A DNA stretch of 64,000 nt. Origin: Hemiscyllium ocellatum (Eukaryota). Location of the stretch: assembly GCF_020745735.1 (NCBI RefSeq), contig NC_083409.1, positions 10,824,978-10,888,977 of the forward strand, given 5' to 3'. The position numbers and the translations under genes were made by a program. Positions 23,540 through 37,790 of this stretch are shown piece after piece. Every line of letters starts with the position of its first letter. The first letter of the stretch is position 1. The notes under the pieces were generated by a model, which worked only from the letters and a program-made list of their open reading frames with translations, had not been told where the DNA came from and did not search any database.

Positions 23540-26500
23540 TGAAGTTATGGTAAGAGCCCATGGGATCCAAGGCATTTTGGCAAATTGGATCCAAATATGA
23601 GGCAAAGAGTAATGGTGGAGGGTTGTCTTTGTGATTGGAAGCCTGTGACCAGTGGTGTAAGACAGGGATTGGGGCTGGGACCCTTGCTGTTTGTAATGTA
23701 CATTAACAAATTGACTGTGATTGTATAATTCAAAAGTTTTCAGAGGCCACATAAATTGGTGGTGTTATTGATATTGATTTGATTTTTATTTTAGTGTATT
23801 GTCACGTGTACTCGAGTGCAAAAGTATTGGAGTACAGTGAAAAGTATGTAACGTCACCTCACAAGGTGCCATCTTAGGTACAAGGACCTCAGTACAGAAT
23901 CGTAAGAACAAGGTAGAAAGAAAGAATAAAGTTCAAAGTTACACGTTGCAGATCTTTTTAGTTTTAAGTAGAAAATGAAGAAATAAAGCTGAAAGTTCAA
24001 GCATTAAAGCCTTTCTTTAGAACTTAGCAACCATGGGATCATACTTTAAGTAATCATCTCGAGACCAGAAGTCCGGGCTGAGGCCTTCCCTGGTGGAGAG
24101 ACCACCATTACAGAAAGGACCACTATGTGGGCTGAGAGACACCCACTCTGGGCCACTCAGAGATCGCCACACTAGGCCGAGTGACCATCACGCTGGGCTG
24201 ACAGTCTAGCATGCTGGGCTGACAGGCCACCATATTGAACTGAGAGGCCATCATGTTGGACCAAGAGTCTGTCTCGTTGGGCTGGAAGATCTCCCTGCCA
24301 GGCCAGGACACTGCCACACCAAGCCAGGAGGCCACATCATTAGGTCTGCACTAGGTCAGAGGCCTGGTGACTGAGGCTGGGAGTCCGTGCCCAGGAGAAG
24401 AAATAAGGGAGAAGGACAAAAGAAAAACACAAAAGAAAAGGAAAAGAGAAGTGGAATAGAAAGAAGAAAAGGAAACAGACGAAGCAGATGAACTCGGGCT
24501 GAAGCATCCTACTCTGCTGCCATCTTGGATGACTGGGTCTCAGGCTAGAGTCTGATATTGGTCAGCTGGTAACTTGGGCAGAGCAATGGCAGATGTAATT
24601 TAATCCTGATACCTCTGAGGTGATCTAACTTGGGAGGTCTAATAAGGGTAGGATATTCACAATGAAAGGCATGTGCCTTGAGTGTCCTCATGCATGAATC
24701 ACAGAGGGTTGGTCGACAGGTACAATAAATAATTAGGAAGGCAAATGGAATTTTGTCCTTCATTGCTAAAGGGATTGAGTTTAAAAAGCGGGAATGTTAT
24801 GTTGCAGCTGTACAGGGTGTTGGTGAGGCCACACCTGGAGTACTGCGTGCAGTAATAGTCTCCTTACTTGAAAAAGGCAATATTGGCACTAGAGAGGTGC
24901 AGAGTTCACTAGGCTGATTCCGGGGTGGAGGGGGTTGGCTTATGAAGGGAGACTGCATCGACTGGGATATATTCATGGGAACTTAGAAGAATGAGGGGAA
25001 CCTTATAGAAACAAATAAAATTATAAAGATAATAGATAAGACAGAAGTAGAGAGGATGTTCCCACTGGCAGGTGAAACTAAAACAGGAGGGTTTAGCCTC
25101 AGAATTAGGGGGAGCAAATTTCGGACTGAATTGAGAAGGAACATCTTCATCCAGAGGGTCATAAATCTATGAAATTCTTTGCTCAATGAAGAAAGTGATG
25201 CTACTTCATTAAATGTTTTAAAACTAAGATAGATTTTTTTCACAACAAAGGAATTAAGAGATACAGTGAGAGCAAATGCCAGGTCTTGCACATTAGAAAA
25301 AATAATACAGGCATGGTCTAGGTTCTAAACGGTGAGAAAATTCCTAAAACCAAAGTACAATGGGATCTAGGAATGCTAGTCCCGGATTCTCTAAAGGTTC
25401 ACTTGCAGGTTGAGTCTGTGGTTAAGGAAGCAAATGTAATATTGTAATTTATCTCAAGAGGATTGGAATGTAAAATGAGATGTGCTGCTGAGACTTTATA
25501 AAGCTCTGGTTAAGCCCAATTTAAAACACTGTGTCCAGTTTTTGGCCCCATACCTCAGAAAGAACATACTGGCACTGGACCGTGTCCAGTGGAGATTCAC
25601 ATGGATGAGCCCTGGAATGGTAAGCCTAATATATGATGAATGACCAAGGATCCTGGGATTGTATTCATTTGAGTTTAGAAGGTTAAGGGGAGATCTGATA
25701 GAAACTTACAAGATATGCATGGCTTAGAAAGGTTGGATGCTGGGAAATTGTTTCCGTTAAGTAGGGATACTAGCATCTGTGGGCACATCCTTAGAGTTAG
25801 AGGGGGTCAGTTTAAAATGGAACTGAGGAGACATTTCTTCAGCTAGAGAGTTATGGGCCTGTGAAATTCATTGCCACAGAGCGCAGTGGTGGCCAAGATA
25901 TTAAATGTCTTCAAGGCAGAGATTGATAAATTCTTAATCTTGCAATGAATTAAGGGCTACAGGGAGAGTGCGAGTAACTGTCGTTAAATGCCCATCACCC
26001 ATGATTGAATGGCGGAGTGGACTCGATGGGTCAAATGGCCTTACTTCCACTCCTATGTCTTATGGTCTTATGTGGAACTGAGTCATGAAAAGATCAACCA
26101 TGATCTTATTGAATGGCAGAGCAGGGTTGAAGGGCCAGATGGCGTCCTCTTGCTCCTAGTTCTTATGTTCTTATGTTCGTTGGGAGTACTGAGGAATGAA
26201 GGGACCTTGGTATACAAGTCCATCAATCCCAGAAGGCATCAACTCGACAGGGTGGTGAAGAAAGCATATGGGATGCTTGTCATCATTAGCCAGGGTGTAG
26301 AATATAGAAAGGAAGAATTCTTGTTGTTACCTGACAGAGCATTGGTTAGGTCATGTCTGGAATACTGTGCACATTTCTGGTCATGACACTGTTGGAAGAA
26401 CATGATTGGACTGGAGAAGATGCAGAGGAGATTAACCAGAATGTTCCCTGGGATGGAAAGTGTTAGTTCTGAGGAGAGACTGGATAGACTGGGTTTGTTT

Positions 26501-26870
26501 TCTCTGGGGGGAATCTGATTGAGGTATACAAAAATATGAAAGGCATAGTCAAAGTCAATTGTGAGAATCTTTTCCCCATGTCAGACATGTCTATGACCAG
26601 AGGGAATAAGCTTACCGTGTGAAAATGTGGTTTAGACGGGTTGAGGACTTGTTTTCCCCAGAGGGTGGTAGAAATATGGAAGGTGCTGCTTGAGAAGGTG
26701 GTGGAGGCAGCTCCTCTCACAACATTTAAGAAACATCCAGATGAGCACATAAAATGCCAGGGCATGGAAGGCTATGGACCAACTGCAGGTAAATGGAGTT
26801 TGGTGATTACTGATTGGCATCAACATGTCGACAAACAGAAGGGCCTGTTTGTTTGCTGTATGACTCTATG
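23540..26870 (+). mobile_element. Several CR1 3' fragments
   Basis: Repeated RPHLEYCVQ / FTQRV-type RT C-terminal motifs and CTATG/CTTATG tails. Confidence 0.75.
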
Positions 26871-26874
26871 ACTA

Positions 26875-29850
26875 TGAAGAGAAGGATGTGGAAGCATTTT
26901 TCATGTTGTTTCAGAAGATAGCAACACAAGTGAGGTGGGAAAAACAGGTTGGACCTTGCCCGTGCAAAATGAACTTGAGAAGCACAAGAGGTTTCTACAT
27001 CCCTGTCAGAGGAATGTTCTCGGGATCATGAGGAAGTGAAATCGGCTATTCTAAGCACATATGAGTTGGCCCCAGAAACATACAGACAGATGTTTCAGAA
27101 CTTACACAAACAGCCTGGACAAACCTCTACTGAGTTTAAGAGAGTTTAACAAAATAATATTGACAGGTGGATAAGAGCATTAACAGCTGAGAATACTTAC
27201 AATGCTCTCAGAGAAGTTATATTTTGAGAAGAATTTAAAGCTTCCTTCCCTTCTAGAGTTAGAAATTAATGTCGAAGACCAAAGGGAACGACAGCAAGAC
27301 AAACAGCTAGAATGGCTGATGATTGTAGACTTTGTTAAAACCAAAACCCTGCAGATGCTGGAATCCAAAGTAGACAAACAGGAGGCTGGAAGAGCACAAC
27401 AAGCCAAGCAGCATCAGGAGGTGGAGAAGTCACCTGATGGGAGATTAATCCAGAAACCTTTTTCCCATCAGGCCCAGAAATGGGAGAAAAATAAAAATTG
27501 GGAGAGTGTGAGGATGGAAGGTAGCCAGGGGAGAGAAGGGTCAGGAGGGAACAGCCCAAGAACTCCTCCTCAGATTAAGGAGGAAATTGCTGAGGGTGGA
27601 AGTGATGATCAGAAGCTGAAATGTTTCTCTTGGAATAAGGTGGGCCATGTATGTTTGGAATGTTGGAAGTTGTGAGGTAAACCCAGGGGATTTATGGGAG
27701 TTAGTAAAATGAATCAGAGAAGGGAACACAAACTGACAATCCCACAGAGCAGGTTGTAGCTGTAACTATAGCAAAAAGGCCGGAGGTGAATTATGTCATG
27801 AGTAAAGGAAGTTGTCAGGTAGATGAGAGGTGGACAGGACTTTTATCAAAAGGAATGGTGACTCCTTTTTCTTCAGCTAAACCCAGAACCAAACTGAGAG
27901 ATACAGGAGCAACACAGTCACTTTTACTGGAGAAAAAATTGATTTTCCCTCCAGAGAGCTCAATGGGAGCTAATGTATTAATCAATGGGATTGGTGGAGA
28001 ATATGTTCCACTTCCATTGTATACAGTACAACTGGAATGTGATTTGTTATCAGGAGAAGAAATTGTCGGAATGTGAAAACATTCCCTGTTGAAGGAGTCG
28101 ATTTCCTTCTGGGGAATGGTTTGTCAGAACTAAAGGCAGTAGCTTCCCCGATAATTACAGAATGTCCAAAGGAGGGCCAAGAAACAGAACAATGACAGGA
28201 ACAGGTTCCTGGTCTCTCTCCTTCGTGTGAGGTAACCAGGGCAATGGTTAAACAAAATCCATCAATAAGGGTTGATGTGACAAGACAGCAAGTGAAAGGA
28301 TCGCTGAAACGTTCCAAAAGGGTGAAGATAATCCAGGTGGAGTGGTTGGTATGATGTCACTAATTCCAGCAGATCCAAAAAGCAGATCCTGAATGAAATA
28401 AATGAGCACAGTCAGCTCATAATGAGGTCAAGGCTGAAGGAGTTTCAGAGTGTTATTGTGTTCAGAATGGAGCGCTGATGAGGAAGTGGAGACCCCCTCA
28501 AAGACCCCCAGAAGAATGGTCGGTTAGACATTGGCTAGTGGTCCCACCCAGCTATCAGAGGGAGATAGTACAAGGGGCACATGAGACTTTTATGGCAGGT
28601 CACATGGGGATTTGGAAAACACAGGCATTCAGAAACAGGTATTTTACTGAGCTACAATTGGATAAAGATGTGGTGCAGTTTTATAAAACGTGTCTTACTT
28701 GTCAAGTTATAGGTAAACATCAATACAAAACCAGCATCCTTAATTCCTTTCCCAGTTTTTGAGGAACCATCCCGTCATGTACAGGTTTGTCAAGTAGTGA
28801 GTATAATAGAGGAGGGGATCAGAAAAAGCTTGAGATCAAAAAAGACCTGGACACTTCCCAAAGTAAACTTCCTGTTATTAGATGAACAAATTCAGAGATA
28901 TTTGAGACTTCAGACACAATTTTTGTATCTGGAGAAAGATCAACAGGTAGATTTAGTGAGGCTGCTCAGACAATACAAAGATGTTTGTATGAGGAGTCAT
29001 TGAGGACTTTGGTTCTGTCCTTGATGGAGCTTAGAAAGATGAGAGGGAATGTAATTGAAACTTACAGAATACAGGGTGGCCTGGATAGAGTGGACATGGA
29101 GGAGATGTTTCTAATAATAGGAGAGTTGGAGACCCGAGGGAACAGCCTCAGAGTGAAGAGATGATCTTTCGAACTGAGTTGAGAAGGACTTTCTTCAGCC
29201 AGAGTGTCATTAATCTGTGGAACTGCAGAGGGCCTTGGAGACCAATTCGTTGAGTGTATTTAAGACAGAGATAGATTGGCTCTTGATTGGTCAAGGGATC
29301 AAGATTTACAGGGAAAAGGGAAGAGATTGGGGCTGAGAAACATTATCAACTGTAAATGACCAGACATGATGGGCCAAATGGCCCAATTCTGCTCCTTTAT
29401 CTTGTGGACTTGTATTGATACACTTAGATCTATCACATGAATCAAATATAACATGAATTTGGTAATTCAGACAAAATAAAACAAAAACCAACCGAAACCG
29501 GCAATGGAACAGAGGGCTTCCATGTTGGAGAATCAGCTGATTGAACCATATCAGAGTAATTGGAGTTCTCCTGTAGTATTGGCTCCTGAACCAAACTGTT
29601 CAATTTAATTCTGTGTAGACTTGAGGAATCTGAGTCTCGTCATAAAACCAGATTCATTCCCTATTCCCAGCTGAGAAGGTTGTATAAAGAGGGTTTGTAG
29701 CATATCATTCTTGTATAAAATTGATTTGTTAAAAGGATGTTGACAAGAACTCACTGATAACTAGAACTAAGCGAGTTTCTGTATTTATCACACCTAATGG
29801 ATTATACCCAATGGCAGGTTTTGCTCTGTGGACTTAACAACTCTCCAGGC
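26875..29850 (+). mobile_element. Decayed Gmr1-type Ty3/Gypsy LTR retrotransposon interior (SCAN-gag, zinc knuckle, protease, integrase, then RT), interrupted by a CR1 3' end at about 29000-29410
   Basis: EKDVEAFFMLFQKIA and PETYRQMFQNLHKQPGQT (SCAN-like); KCFSWNKVGHVCLEC (degenerate zinc knuckle); LRDTGA (protease); AHETFMAGHMG...CLTC (integrase Zn finger); downstream SNWSSPVVL (RT start). Confidence 0.8.
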
Positions 29851-30271
29851 ACATTTGAATGATTATTGTGAAAGTGAACAAGGTCACACTCCCCCACATT
29901 ACACTCCATCTGCCCAATATTTCTTCAAAGCCCAGCTGTATCTAATATTCAGCAGGATGGATCTTCACTGAGAAATAACCATTTGTAACTAGAATAATGA
30001 TATCTCTGAGAATCATATTAATAATTGTTTTTATTGAAGCTTTCATAAGTTCTGTGTTGATTGACACAATGCTCTGGTTTGGGCTTTGCTGTCTGTACAA
30101 ATCATCTGTCATGTCTTTGCTGCAATGGTTCACATTTACATCATCAAACTCACACTCCAAATATCCCGTCATTATTCTCCATGGGATTCACTGGCATTGG
30201 CTCAGATCGAACTCCCAGCAGCTGAAATGGAGGGAGGGATACGGCTTAGAGAGCAAGAGATGGAGCACAGG

Positions 30272-30304
<33 letters not shown>

Positions 30305-30419
30305 CAATGAAGCACTAAAAGAGAGGGGGATAGACCTTGGACAGAGAAAGAGGTTTGGAATTCAGAGTGAGATCTATGCAGCTGAGTTAGAGAGGGGTGG
30401 GGAGAGTGAGTGAGTGAGA

Positions 30420-33400
30420 GAGATGGAGTCAAGGAGTTCTATGTCAAAGATAAATTATACTCTGTTAAAGATTGGACTGGATGAATGCTGACTCTCTGAC
30501 TCTATGAACACTACCTAGAAAGCTGCCTAACTTTGTGTCATTAGCAAACTAGAGTATCTGACTTGCTATGTCATTATCCAGTGCATTAATAAATAATATA
30601 AATAATTGAGGTGTGCGCACACATTCCTATTGAACACCACTGGTCACATCCTGCCAATTTCAGCAGTTACCCATTATCTCTGTTTTCTGTCACCTGTCAC
30701 TCAACCAATTTCGGTATGGCAGTATTTTAGCCTCAATTCTGTGGATTTCTAACTGAGTTGAACAGTTTCTTACATGGGATTTTATCAAATGCCCTCTGGA
30801 AGTGCCTATAAACAACATCCATTGACATTACTGTCTCCAGTAATTTTGTTTCCTCTTCAAAAATGTTCAATGAGATTTTTCACCATGACCAACTTGTCAT
30901 GAATCCTTGCTGATTCTCCCTGATTAACTGATCATTTTCAAGGTCTTCAGTTACCCCCATCCTTGATTATAGACTACAACAATTTCCACACCACAAACGT
31001 TGGCTTAATGACCTGTAATTCCCTGGCTTTTCTCTGACATCTTTGTTAAATGTGAAATGAAATTTGCAATTTTCCAGTTCAGAGGTACGACTCCTGAATC
31101 CAGGTAACTCTGAAAGATTATAGTCAGGGTGTCTGCAATGTGGTTTATTACTACTTTTTCACCCTCAGGTTCTGAGGATTTGTCACTCTTTAGTTCCATT
31201 ATTTTCCTTATTACACATGTTCTATTGACATTAACTTTATTGAGGTGACACAGTGGTTAGCACTGCTGCCTCACAGCACCAGAGTCCCAGGTTCAATTCC
31301 AGCCTTGGGCAATTGCCTGTGTGGAGTTTGCACATTGTCTGCATGGGTTTCCTCCTACTATCCAAAGATGTGCAGGTCAGATGAATTGGTCATACTAAAT
31401 TGCCCATAGCGTTAGGTGCATTAGTCAGAGGGAAAATGGGTCTGGGTGGGTTACTCTTCGGAGGGTCGGTGTGGACTGGTTGGGCCAAAAGGCATGTTTG
31501 CACACTGCAGGGAATCTAATCAGTCCCTGACACAGATCCTCTGTTAATTCCTTTGGGACTTCAGGCAAGTCCTCTTCCTTTTCTACTGCAAATCTTGAGG
31601 TAAAGTATTTATTTAACATGGCTGTCATTTCCCCATTGTCACTGACAATATCCCTCACTTTCAGTCTTTAATGGCCAACATTGCTCCTGACCTCCCAGCT
31701 TCCCTTTTATGGAACTGTAACATTTCTCCTGATTGATTTTGTTACATGTTTCCTTTCAGAATCCCTTTTGGTAGCTCTTAGAAGCTGATATGTGGCCCTT
31801 TTGTATCCTTCCCATTCAGCGGAATCTGTCCTTATTTTTTGCTTTTCTATAAGCCTTTTTTAACATTTTATCCTTTCCCGTATCTCTTTAATTGACCATT
31901 GTTGTTTGTTCGCTTTTCCCTCTCAGGTATAAAGTAGCTTTGTTTTGTGTTGAATGTTCCTTTAAATATTCCCCACTGTTCTTCAGTTGTTTTACCCATG
32001 AGCTGATTTTCCCAGTTTATTGTGGACAGTTTCTGTCGCATCTTGTTAAAGTCGGCCCTTACCTTAATCTCAAAATCGAGCAGCTGATTCATTCTTTTTA
32101 CTTTCAAATGCGACACTGAACTAGATCATGTTATGATCACTATTTGATAAATGTTCATGCACAAATAGTTACGAACTAAATCTGGCTCATTATTCATTAC
32201 TAATTCCAATATTGCTTGTCCACTTGTTGTATCCAGGACCTATTGCTGTTGGAAACTATTCTGGACACACAGCAGCAATTCACTACCTTTCTGACAGAGG
32301 GCTTGTCTGTCTCCCAATCTAAGTTAAAGTTAAACTTCCCCATTAATAATACACTGGCTTTGCTACACACTTGTCTAATTCCTCCATTTATATAATCCAG
32401 CACCTCAGAGCTGCTGTCAGGGGGGTCTGTATCCAACATCTACTACAGTTTTAGATCCTTTCCTGCTCCTCAGTCCCACTGAATGTTTTCCCCTCATTAT
32501 GACCTCCCTCACCATTGAAGCCATTTTTTCCCTCATCAATGAAGCTGCTCCACCTCTTCTGCCATTTCCCATATCCATCCTGTGAACCTTCTAACCCGAT
32601 AGATATCGTTCCCAATCTGAATGATTCTGCAACTATGGCTCAGTAATTGATCCGGTACCACAATCTTAAATTTGAATTTGTGCCTGCAGATTATTGTATT
32701 TATTCCTTACGCTCCGTGCATTCGTATGTAGGACTCTTATTTGGTCCATTCACTGGACTCTGTTCCTCAGCACTGATGCTGTACTCACCTCTTTCTTATT
32801 TCTCTCCATCTGTCTAATCAATATCCTTCTGATAGCTTTCCAGATATTGTCCAAATAGGGCCTTCTGCCGATTTTTGCTGATGTTGTTGGTCCCAACACA
32901 GACAACAACAACTGGATCCTCAACCGCCCCCACCCCCATTCCCCACCCCACCCCCCCCCCCCCCCAAGTCTGTTATACTTAAAAGCCGGCTCGAGATGCC
33001 CTTACCTTGAAACCAGGCAGGCAACACACCATGTGGGGCTCTCAATCCTGCTCACAAAGGATGCTATCAGTTCCCCTCATTATCAAGACCCCTCTTTTCT
33101 TTATGCTCCCCCAATCTGAGTGGCCTCCTGGACCATGGTGCAGTGGTTTCCTTCGTTCATTCATAGGAAATGGACATCTCTGGCCAAGCCAGCAATGACT
33201 GCCCTTAGGAGTCATCGAATCATAGAATCCATACCGTGTGAAACAGGCCATTCAGACCAATGAGTCCACACCAACATTCTGAAGAGCATCCCACCCAGAC
33301 TTGTCTCCCTACCTTATCCCTGTAAATCTGCATCTCCCATGGCTAATGCACCTAACCTACACATCCCTACATTTTCCCCAGTTTAGACATTATAATTTCT

Positions 33401-33900
33401 GCTCTATCTTTATCTTTTTATATAATGACTTTGAAACTTACAGAGTTATGGTCACTATCACCAAAATCCTCAAACGACATTTGCCCATTCTCCCGACAAT
33501 CCTTTTCCTCATTGACACAGGGAGCAAGTCCCTCATTCCTGTTGGACAAGGAGCTGAGGCACCTGTAAGGCTAAATCCAGGCTGCATCGACCTGTTCACT
33601 TTTGGTCACACCCTCCTGTCCCTGACCACTGGCCATAATTTGAAGTATTTAACCTACAAGGTGTGACTGTCTCCCCAAACACAGTGCCCAGGTAACTCCC
33701 CTCCCCCCCCCCCCCCCCCCCCACCCCCCCGCCTCCCGGTGTGTTGCAGTGTTTGAAGCTCAGATTCCAGCTCATCAACTCTGAGCTGGAGTGCCTTGAG
33801 CAACCAACACTTGCTGTAGATGTGGTCACTCTGAGCTACAATGGGCTCCACCACCTTCCCCATCGTACAATTACTACACATCGCCCGGCCCTGTATGTGG
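30420..33900 (-). mobile_element. Decayed CR1 (RT, endonuclease, ORF1) with a V-SINE at about 31243-31520 (plus)
   Basis: ORFs 31005-31199 (VVPLNWKIAN), 32200-32439, 33042-33251, 33654-33881. Confidence 0.75.
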
Positions 33901-34324
33901 AAATTATTTGAGGAGTTTTTAATTTATATTTTAAAATTTGCTGCTGGTCTTTAGTTTTTAATCTGTAAAATATTTCCGTCCAGGAGACAGAGAATGTGCC
34001 AGCACAGGAGGAGGCTGTTCAGCCCCTCGTGTCAGTGCTAGCTGTTTACGAACCTCAATCACAATGAACATCTCCATTGAATGTCTGTTGTCAGGAAGTG
34101 ATTGAGTCTGTTTTTAGAGACAGAATAACGGACAAATATGAACTGGTCCGAGAGAGTCAGCCTGGATTGACAAAGGTTCAGACATCTTTAACTAACCGGA
34201 TTACACTTTGTTAGGAGCTCACTAATGTGGGATATAAGGGAATGTCGATGGCTATTGTCTATAGGGAATTCCAAAAGATATTTAAGAATGTTCCACAAAA
34301 GAAACATTGATTCAGATCTTACAC

Positions 34325-34455
34325 TCCACAACCATCTGATGAAGGAGCAGCGCTCCAAACGCTAATGCTTCCAAACAAACCTGTTGCATTAGAATCTGGT
34401 GTTCTGTGATTTTTAACATTTACATAACAGTCCAACACCGGCATCTCCAAATCAT
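34325..34455 (+). mobile_element. Solo Penelope-like terminal repeat with a degenerate hammerhead core
   Basis: CTGATGA-A-GGAGC(AGC)GCTCC-AAAC at 34336-34360 (GAAA box mutated); same family as 41892-42093. Confidence 0.6.
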
Positions 34456-35134
34456 GGAATTGGATGGAATTTGAGAAATGCATTTACGTTGGGTCAGGAA
34501 TGAGTCTGTCTAGCAGACAGAGAGGAAGGATAATGTGCATGTGTTCCAATGAGCCAGATGTGAGTAGTGGTATTCCCAGGGATCTGTGCTGGGACCACAG
34601 CTTTTCACGATATTTCTCAGTGACTTGGATGAAGAAACAGAGAGCCGTATATCCAAGATTATTGATCACACTGAGTGAGGCAGCTTGGAGGAGGTCACAG
34701 AGATAGGGAGGGTGGAACAACAGGGAGCAGATTGAGAACAAGGATGGGAATTTGAAAATCGAGGTGTTGCTGGACCAGGAGCTGATGTCAGTCAGCTAGG
34801 ATTGTGTCGGTTATAGTGGGGTGGGGAGGCATGGGCAGGAGTATGGGGTGGACTTGGTGTGAGTTTGAACACAGACAGCAGAGTTTGGAATGAGTTGATG
34901 TTTACGGAAGTCAGTGGCTGTGATGTGGGCCTGGATAACATTGGAATGGTCTCAAAAACATGGTTGAGATTTTCAGTGGCTGATAATTGTGATGTGGAGG
35001 ATTTGGGCCTCAAATCAGCCCCAAAGATGAGGCCAAAGTTGTAAAGAGTCTGGTAGAGCAGCAGACAGTGCTCAGGGAGAGGGATGGAGTTTGTACCGGG
35101 AGCTGAAGAGGATGGCTTTGATCTTCCCAATGTG

Positions 35135-35396
35135 TTTCCCAGTGAGCCTGGCTCCTCAGTCCTGACTGCTCTTAGCTGCTGTGATTGTCACTGATTGGAC
35201 ACTTATTATTAGAGATTCTGACCACAGCAGAAAGCCCCAGTGTAAAAAATAACTGCAAAGACTGTCAGAGTACAAGGTTGAAACTTCACCAAGAGAGGAA
35301 GTGAAAGAAGGAGCTCGGAGCAGTTGGGTGTTTGTTACTGAGATGGGAGAAAACTGTGAACCGTCTGCACTCCCTGGAATCTGACAGCACAGGAGG
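35135..35396. promoter_or_regulatory. Candidate upstream B-cell enhancer, cluster B copy
   Basis: EICE GAGGAAGTGAAA 35295-35306, RUNX GACCACA 35220-35226, MEF2 TTATTATTAG 35203-35212. Confidence 0.6.
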
Positions 35397-35649
35397 AGGC
35401 CATTCAGCCCATCATGCCTTTGAATGATCCAGTTAATCCCACTGCTCCCCTCTCTCTCCCCGTAACCCAGCAAATCTTTCCTTTACAGCTCAATCTCCAA
35501 TTCCCTCTCATAAACCTCATGTCCACAGAGTGAGACTGCCCTGAACCTGGGCTTCAAATTGGCATCTCATTCATTCATTGGGAGACAAACTGCCTGGGCT
35601 GGGAAATGGAGTTCAGTACCCTGAACATTCCCTCTCCCCTCCTGAGGGA

Positions 35650-37790
35650 CACTTCATTTGGTTTTGCATATTCACCTGTGGGAAGTGGGCTTCACCGGCT
35701 GGGCCAACATTTTTTACCCTGTCCCTAGTTGCCCTGGAGTAGGTGGTGGGAAGCTGCCATCTTGAATTGTTGTCGTCTACAAGCTGTAAGTTGACCCACA
35801 ATGCCAGCATTTTAACCCAGCAAGGCTGAGGGATCAGCGACATATTTCCAAGTCCGGATGCTAAGCTTTTTCGAGGGGAACTTGCAGCTCAGTGTTCCCA
35901 TGTATCTGCTGCTCTTGTTCTAAATGGAAGTGAACGTGGGTTGGAAGGGAAACCAAAAGAACTGCAGATGCTGTAAATCTGAGACAAAAATAGAAAGTGC
36001 TGGAAAAGCTCAGCAGGTCTGGCAGCATCTGTGAAGAGAAATCAGAGTTAATATTTCATGCTCAACCAGAAATGTCAATTCTGATTTCTCTCCAAGATGC
36101 TGCCAGACCTGCTGAGCTTTTCCTGCAATTTTTATTTTTGTCCATGGGTTTGGAAGGTGCTATCTGAAGATCGGTGATGAATTTCTGCAGTGCATCTTAT
36201 CAATAATATACACTGCTGCTATGGAGCGTCAGTGACGGTGAGTTTGGATGCTTTGAGAATGCGATGCCAATCAAGGAGTTTGCTTTGCTCTGGATGGTAT
36301 CAAGTTTTTTGAGTGGATAAGAAAGACATAGGATACAATCGACATAGATAGGAAAGGTTTCAAGGGATATGTGTGAAATGCAGGCAAATAAGATGAGTTC
36401 ACTTCAGAAAACCTGGTCAGCATGTAGAAGTTTGGCTTAAGGGTTTGTTTCTGTGCTGTATGACTCTGTGACACTATCAATCTATGAATGTTGTTGGAGC
36501 TGCACCTGTCCAGGCAAGTGGGGAGTATTTGCTCACACTCCTGACTTGGTTGACAGGCTTTGGGGGAATCAGGAGGTGAGTTACTGGATGCAGTATTCCT
36601 AGCCTCTAACTTGCTCTTGTAACCACTGTGTTTCTTTGGTGAATCCAGTTGTGTTTCTGGTCAATGGCACCTCAAGAATGTTCATAGTGGGGATTCAGTG
36701 ATGGTAATAGCATTGATTATCAAGAGGCTATGTTTAGATTGTCTCTTATTGGTGATGGTGATTGGCTGGCATTTGCATGGCACCAATGGGAAATGTCACT
36801 TCTCAGACAAAACCTGGATATTGTCCAGATATTGTTGCATTTGCACGTGGACTGCTTCAGTATCTGAGCAGTTGGGAAGAGTGCTGAGCATTGTGCAATA
36901 CGAGTTTGCCTTGAGTTGCAATATCTGTTCGGGGTCTGTCCTATTTAGTACGGTGATAGTACCACACAACACAATGGAGGGGATTCTCAATGTGAAGGTC
37001 AGACTTTGTTTCCACAAGGACTGTGTGATGGTCACTCTTACCAATACTGTCAAGGACAGATGCATCTACAGCCACAAGATTGGTGAGGATGGGGTCAAGC
37101 ATCTTTTTCCATCTTTTGGTTCCAGCTGCAGAGCCAGTCCCTCAGCTACATCCATGAGGAACCAACCAGCTCGATCAGTAATGCTGCTGCCGAGCCACTC
37201 TCAGTGGTAGACATTGAAACCCCCCATCCAGTGTACACTCTCTGCTGTCATCACCCTCAGTGCTTCCTCCAAATATTGTTCAACATCCAGGAGAGACTGA
37301 TTCATCAGCCGAGGGAGCAAGATATCTTGTAATCACCAGGAGGTTTCCTCGCCCATGTTTAACCTGGTGTCATGAGTCTTTATAGGGTCCAGAGCCAACT
37401 TTGAGACTTCCCAGGGTAACTCCCTTCTGGCTGCAGACCACTGTGTCATCAGCTCTGCTGGGTCTGCCTTTCTGGTGGGACAGGACACATGCAGGGACAG
37501 TGATGGTGGTGTCTGGGACATTGTCTGTAAGGTGTGGTTCTGTGAGTATGGCTGTGTCAGGTTGTTGCTTGAGTCATCTGTAAGACAGCTCTCCTGAATT
37601 TGGCACTAGCTCCCAGATGTCAGTAAGGAGGACAGAGCAGGGTAGACAGGACTGTTTCTGTCATTGTCTTTTCGGTGTCTAGATCGATGCCTGTGGTCTC
37701 ATTTCTTTGTTGAAACATTGTCATAATTGATACAACTGAGAGCCTTGCTCGGCCATTTCAGAGGGCACTAGAGAGTCAACCACATTGCTA
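35650..37790 (-). mobile_element. CR1-group LINE (endonuclease to RT), decayed
   Basis: ORF 36796-37065 includes CSDTEAVHVQMQQYLDNIQVLSEK (RT end); same family as 10350-11220. Confidence 0.65.
35949..36144. mobile_element. 196-bp fold-back Penelope-derived insertion
   Basis: Inverted arms GGAAAAGCTCAGCAGGTCTGGCAGCATCT...; near-duplication TGGGTT(T)GGAAGG at 35937-35948 and 36145-36157; splits a LINE. Confidence 0.75.

Noticed and set aside
32941-33730. Long poly-C tracts at 32941-32965 and 33698-33730 (G-quadruplex potential)
   Set aside because: Simple homopolymers within a decayed CR1, with unreliable length and no link to the Ig segments
36771-36778. Perfect octamer ATTTGCAT upstream of V(B)
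   Set aside because: Inside a LINE, 3.2 kb from the ATG and absent from the mirror arm
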